A DNA stretch of 64,000 bases, from assembly GCA_965218095.1 (NCBI GenBank), contig OZ244587.1:2400001-2464000 (forward strand). Direction: 5' to 3'. A program made the translations under genes and the position numbers. This document shows, one piece after another, positions 60,399 through 64,000 of the stretch. The first letter of the stretch is position 1. Each line of letters starts with the position of its first letter. Source of the stretch: Candidatus Poribacteria bacterium. Lineage in GTDB: Bacteria; Poribacteria; WGA-4E; PCPOR2b. The notes under the pieces were generated by a model. That model worked only from the letters and a program-made list of their open reading frames with translations. It had not been told where the DNA came from and did not search any database.

Positions 60399-61283
60399 TC
60401 AGACTTGGACAAACTTTTGCAGCCGCTGTCCTCGATTGCCGCCTCCAATTTCGGCAACGTAGACGCTTCCCTCGTCATCGACGCAGATGCCGTGCGGTGC
60501 CTCCAGCACTCTGCTCGGCGATCCGGAGAATCGACTAATCCGTTCTCCCCCTGGGGTCCAGACGCTGACATGTCCGCCCGTCCCCTGCTCGACCACGTAA
60601 ATCATGTTGTCATCGGTAATCCATACATCGCCAGGCGCCGACATATCCGTCCACGTTTCCATATACTTCCCATCCGGATCGAAAATCTGAATTCGGTCAT
60701 TCTCGCGGTCGCAGACAAGCACGCGGCCCGTTTTATCACAGCCGATATTATGGACCACAGCGAATTGTCCGGGACCGCTGCCGGGCTCTCCCCACGTCAG
60801 CAGATGGCTGCCCACGTTGGAGTACTTATGGACGCAGCGATTACCATATCCGTCCGAGACGTAGATGCACCCATCCGGGGCAATCGCTACCCCGGTCGGC
60901 ATGTTAAATTCGCGGTGATAGTACGTCACACCAGCCACCCCGGGTGTTCCCCACTCACGCTCCATTTCGCCGAGCAGTGTGTACCTGCGCACCACATGCT
61001 GATGTGCATCGGTCAGGTAGACTTCATCGTTCGGGCCGATGAAGATTCCATGCGATTGGCTCACCAGATGTGGGGAGATACCGAACTCCCCGTAGCCCCA
61101 CGAGGTGACGAAGTTTCCTTCTTTGTCAAAAACAATAACGGGATGTTTGCCGCGGGTAAAAGCGAAGATGCGTCCCCGTGAATCAATTGCCGCATCTGAC
61201 ACCAACGAGAAGACCCACCCTTCCGGCAGGTTGGGCCATCCTTCCACTAACTCGTACCTGTAATCTCCTTCACCTAATGCCAT
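60399..61283 (-). CDS. NHL-repeat beta-propeller (PAL-like) protein
   Basis: FNMPTGVAIAPDG.IYVSDGYGN, WG.PGSGPGQF and DRENDRIQIFD repeats. Confidence 0.9.
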   Translation of the reverse strand: MALGEGDYRYELVEGWPNLPEGWVFSLVSDAAIDSRGRIFAFTRGKHPVIVFDKEGNFVTSWGYGEFGISPHLVSQSHGIFIGPNDEVYLTDAHQHVVRRYTLLGEMEREWGTPGVAGVTYYHREFNMPTGVAIAPDGCIYVSDGYGNRCVHKYSNVGSHLLTWGEPGSGPGQFAVVHNIGCDKTGRVLVCDRENDRIQIFDPDGKYMETWTDMSAPGDVWITDDNMIYVVEQGTGGHVSVWTPGGERISRFSGSPSRVLEAPHGICVDDEGSVYVAEIGGGNRGQRLQKFVQV

Positions 61284-61410
61284 GTTGCACCTCCAGGATA
61301 AAAAAATGGTACGCCAAGTAAGCGATTATGAAGATTAAACTTCACTGTTTTAGGGCAATAAAAAGCATATTCGGTCAGACCTCAATCGCCTGATAACTGA
61401 AAAACTCGTA

Positions 61411-62475
61411 TCAATCATACCTTTTGCGAAGGAGCTCCGCCGCCGCAACTTCGTTCTTTAACTTCGTGTAAGCCTCATCGAGCGGCACCTCCGAACGCAT
61501 TCCGGGCGCGAAGCCGCAGTCCGGGTTCAGGAGTAACCGTTCGGGGGAAACGTGCTGCGCAGCTTTCTCCACGCGGGCAGCGATTGTCTCCGGCGGTTCG
61601 ATCTCGGGGAAACGGCAGTCGACGCAGCCGACGCCAATCTGGAAGTGGTCGGGTAATTGGCTGAGTACCGCGACGTCTCCCGCAACCGGGATGGCGAATT
61701 CCAGCATTACCATATTAACCTGAAACTGCTGGATGTAAGGCAGAATTGCCTCATAACCGCCTTCTGCGCCCCAGCCACGCCGCCCCCAGTTCCTCCGACA
61801 CAGGTGAACGGCAAGCCCGACGCTATCAACACCGTCAACAATCGCGTTAATCATGTCCACGGCGGATTGCATCTCCGCCTCCGGATTATCAAATTGTGCA
61901 CGTACTTTTTCATCGACGAAAACGCACAGATGCGGCTCATCTAACTGTATCATATCCACACCTACCTCTTTCAGCGCCAGCAACTCCTGTCGAATAACCG
62001 GTACCAGCGCCCACATGAATTCTTCCCGCGTTGGGTAAGCATCCTGCGAGTACGCCGGCTCCCACATCCGTGTCCCCATCAGATACGGCGACGGCAAACA
62101 GGCCTTGACGCCGTGAGTGGTATGTTTCTTGAGGAAGCTGGCTTCTTCAGCGACCACCCCGTCACGCTTTCGGGTCATTTTTTGGGTGACGCACTTGTGA
62201 TTGGTGAACTGCTCTCGCTTAACATATTGAAAACCATCCATCACATCCGTGACAACATCCAGGTAGGACGTCCGACGCCACTCACCATCTGAAATAATAT
62301 CAATTCCAGCTTGCTCCTGAAGGGCGATTACGTACTGCACCGCGGCGTCACAACGCTTACGAAACTCGGGCTCGTTGATGCTGCCCGCTTCATGCGCATT
62401 TAACAAGTCTTTGACTGCCGGGGGACGCGGCATGGAGCCAATTACAGTCGTTGGAAATAGCTTATTCGTTGTCAT
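61411..62475 (-). CDS. Cobalamin-independent methionine synthase II family protein
   Basis: IGSMPRP, DGEWRR, IQLDEP, HLC and NPDCGF motifs. Confidence 0.9.
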   Translation of the reverse strand: MTTNKLFPTTVIGSMPRPPAVKDLLNAHEAGSINEPEFRKRCDAAVQYVIALQEQAGIDIISDGEWRRTSYLDVVTDVMDGFQYVKREQFTNHKCVTQKMTRKRDGVVAEEASFLKKHTTHGVKACLPSPYLMGTRMWEPAYSQDAYPTREEFMWALVPVIRQELLALKEVGVDMIQLDEPHLCVFVDEKVRAQFDNPEAEMQSAVDMINAIVDGVDSVGLAVHLCRRNWGRRGWGAEGGYEAILPYIQQFQVNMVMLEFAIPVAGDVAVLSQLPDHFQIGVGCVDCRFPEIEPPETIAARVEKAAQHVSPERLLLNPDCGFAPGMRSEVPLDEAYTKLKNEVAAAELLRKRYD

Positions 62476-62546
62476 GGTTACTCCTCTCGCATTCCTCTTT
62501 GCCCCCTTTTGGGGCATGGTTTATTCTCCTTAATCTTACGAATTGC

Positions 62547-62857
62547 TTAATCCAGAACTTCGGGCACAACGGTCAGATTTGATTCATCCACTCGAAGGTC
62601 CCAAGACCACCAGTCAGGTACAAAGACACTACAATGATCGTAATGTCGGCAGAAACTACACCACTCCCACAAGTCTCCTTGAGCAACATATCTTTTTCCT
62701 GAAATCACAACATTTATCGGCTTAACAGCTCGGTAGTATTTATGCAACGCTGTGTGTCCACATATCGGACATGGACAAGACAGATTCAATCCTTCCTGGT
62801 TGGATGCAAACAATTCCGCCTATTTTTCCAGGCTTTCAATAGGCACTCTAGCCCATT
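62547..62857 (-). pseudogene. Degraded small Cys-rich hypothetical protein
   Basis: AAGGAG RBS then ATGG (apparent extra G) and an in-frame TAG before LFASNQ...CPICG...EWCSFC. Confidence 0.4.
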
Positions 62858-63569
62858 TTTTCTCCTTGATGCTACTTACTCCCATACTGAACAGGCCGCC
62901 CCTTCATGTAGATCTCCTCAAACCCTCATACCACCCACGCCTAAGATCGAAACAATGTATATCATTCCAAAACTCAAGTATAACACAGGAGATCTGTACC
63001 GTCAAGGAAGCGAATCCACTTTCGGTGATGCAATTCAGTCTTCCTTCTCAACAGCCGTGTGCCGGCTGTCTTGCGGACAATATCCTTTCAAGGAAGACTT
63101 TGGAAAAAGCAGGATATTATGCCTACGACAGATACTTATTCGGAGACTTAAACACTTGACCGGAACTCATACCATTTCTATCGGTATCAAAGGTTTTTTC
63201 CCATTTCGGGCTTAACTTAGTGGCATTTACCCCCAAACCCTGATGGGGTATGTCCTTTTTATCTTTTTCTTTATGGGGGCCTTTGAACATTATCACGTCT
63301 ATGGTATCTATCTTTGGGCGAGCCCAGCATTGCTCTACAGAAGATTAATGCGCTGGGCTTGGAACTGAACGCCGGCCCCACCGAGGTATACCCAACCGTA
63401 CCTCCCCTTCCCGGAAAAGAATCATTCCGGGTAACCGTTCAGGTGGGGGATAGCGCCGGTCAAGTAACTATAGGCGTATCGAGGCCAAGCGCGGCCACTC
63501 GCTTGATTTCGATACGCTTCGCTACTCAATCAGCGCTCGCTCCGGTTAGTCCTGAACGGTTACTAAATC

Positions 63570-64000
63570 TCAAGCATCTGCGAATTTAAACACCGACAGC
63601 GCCGTGCGGCCAAAGATCCATTCGCGCTCATCTGCACTCAGGTCGGAGAAGTAATCCACAGGGAATTGAAGCGAACTGTTATAGCCTTCCCGGGAGCTGA
63701 CCGGTGGATAGTCACTGCCCCACATGACCCGCTGCGGGCTAAAAGCCTCGACAGCCATACGCGCTAACGGGGGGACGTGCGCGAAGGGATGGGGCAGGTG
63801 GCAGAATTCTCCGAAGCCGGGAAGTTTGATTGTCAGGTTCGGGTATCTTGCCAGAGCGAGGACACGTTTGAATTCATCGTAAGGTGGTTCCGCGCCTGCG
63901 CCGACGCCGCCTAAGTGTTCGATGATAATCTGGAGGTCGGGGAAGGTCTTTACAACTTCGGCAAATTCCTCGCCCAATAATGTTGGTGGACTACAAGGGG
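63570..64000 (-). CDS. Amidohydrolase family protein (C-terminal part; gene starts beyond the window)
   Basis: IIEHLG, RVMWGSDYPP and IFGRTA motifs. Confidence 0.85.
   Translation of the reverse strand, partial: PCSPPTLLGEEFAEVVKTFPDLQIIIEHLGGVGAGAEPPYDEFKRVLALARYPNLTIKLPGFGEFCHLPHPFAHVPPLARMAVEAFSPQRVMWGSDYPPVSSREGYNSSLQFPVDYFSDLSADEREWIFGRTALSVFKFADA

Noticed and set aside
1-64000. CRISPR array, cas genes, rRNA or tRNA genes
   Set aside because: I saw no regularly spaced direct repeats, cas motifs or cloverleaf/rRNA signatures.

Overview
Bacterial chromosome segment of moderate GC content. The gene mix (several Gfo/Idh/MocA oxidoreductases, PhyH dioxygenases, NHL/TPR proteins, heptamer repeats, MITE-like elements) resembles Candidatus Poribacteria or similar lineages; this is an inference, not a determination. 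The first ~14 kb is a defence island. It holds a four-gene Druantia-like operon whose ~1790-aa DEAH/DUF1998 helicase is split by a 1.1-kb IS with perfect TIRs. This is followed by an integrase-less array of attC-like sites carrying a natural DarT-DarG (macrodomain) fusion, a truncated TPR gene and a SAM methyltransferase. The rest is mainly housekeeping and catabolic genes (pdxH, leuB, htpG, NtrC-type regulator, M32/M14/M6/M81 peptidases, tsaC, tsaD, GldF/GldG-like ABC components, RqcH, GcvT/YgfZ-like), several pseudogenes, an IS5 element with a frameshift site and many short palindromic repeats. Two intergenic regions (32.5-32.9 kb and 47.0-47.25 kb) look like strand-specific, multi-helix non-coding RNAs that I cannot assign to a known family. 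All assignments come from motif reading by eye; no database searches were run.
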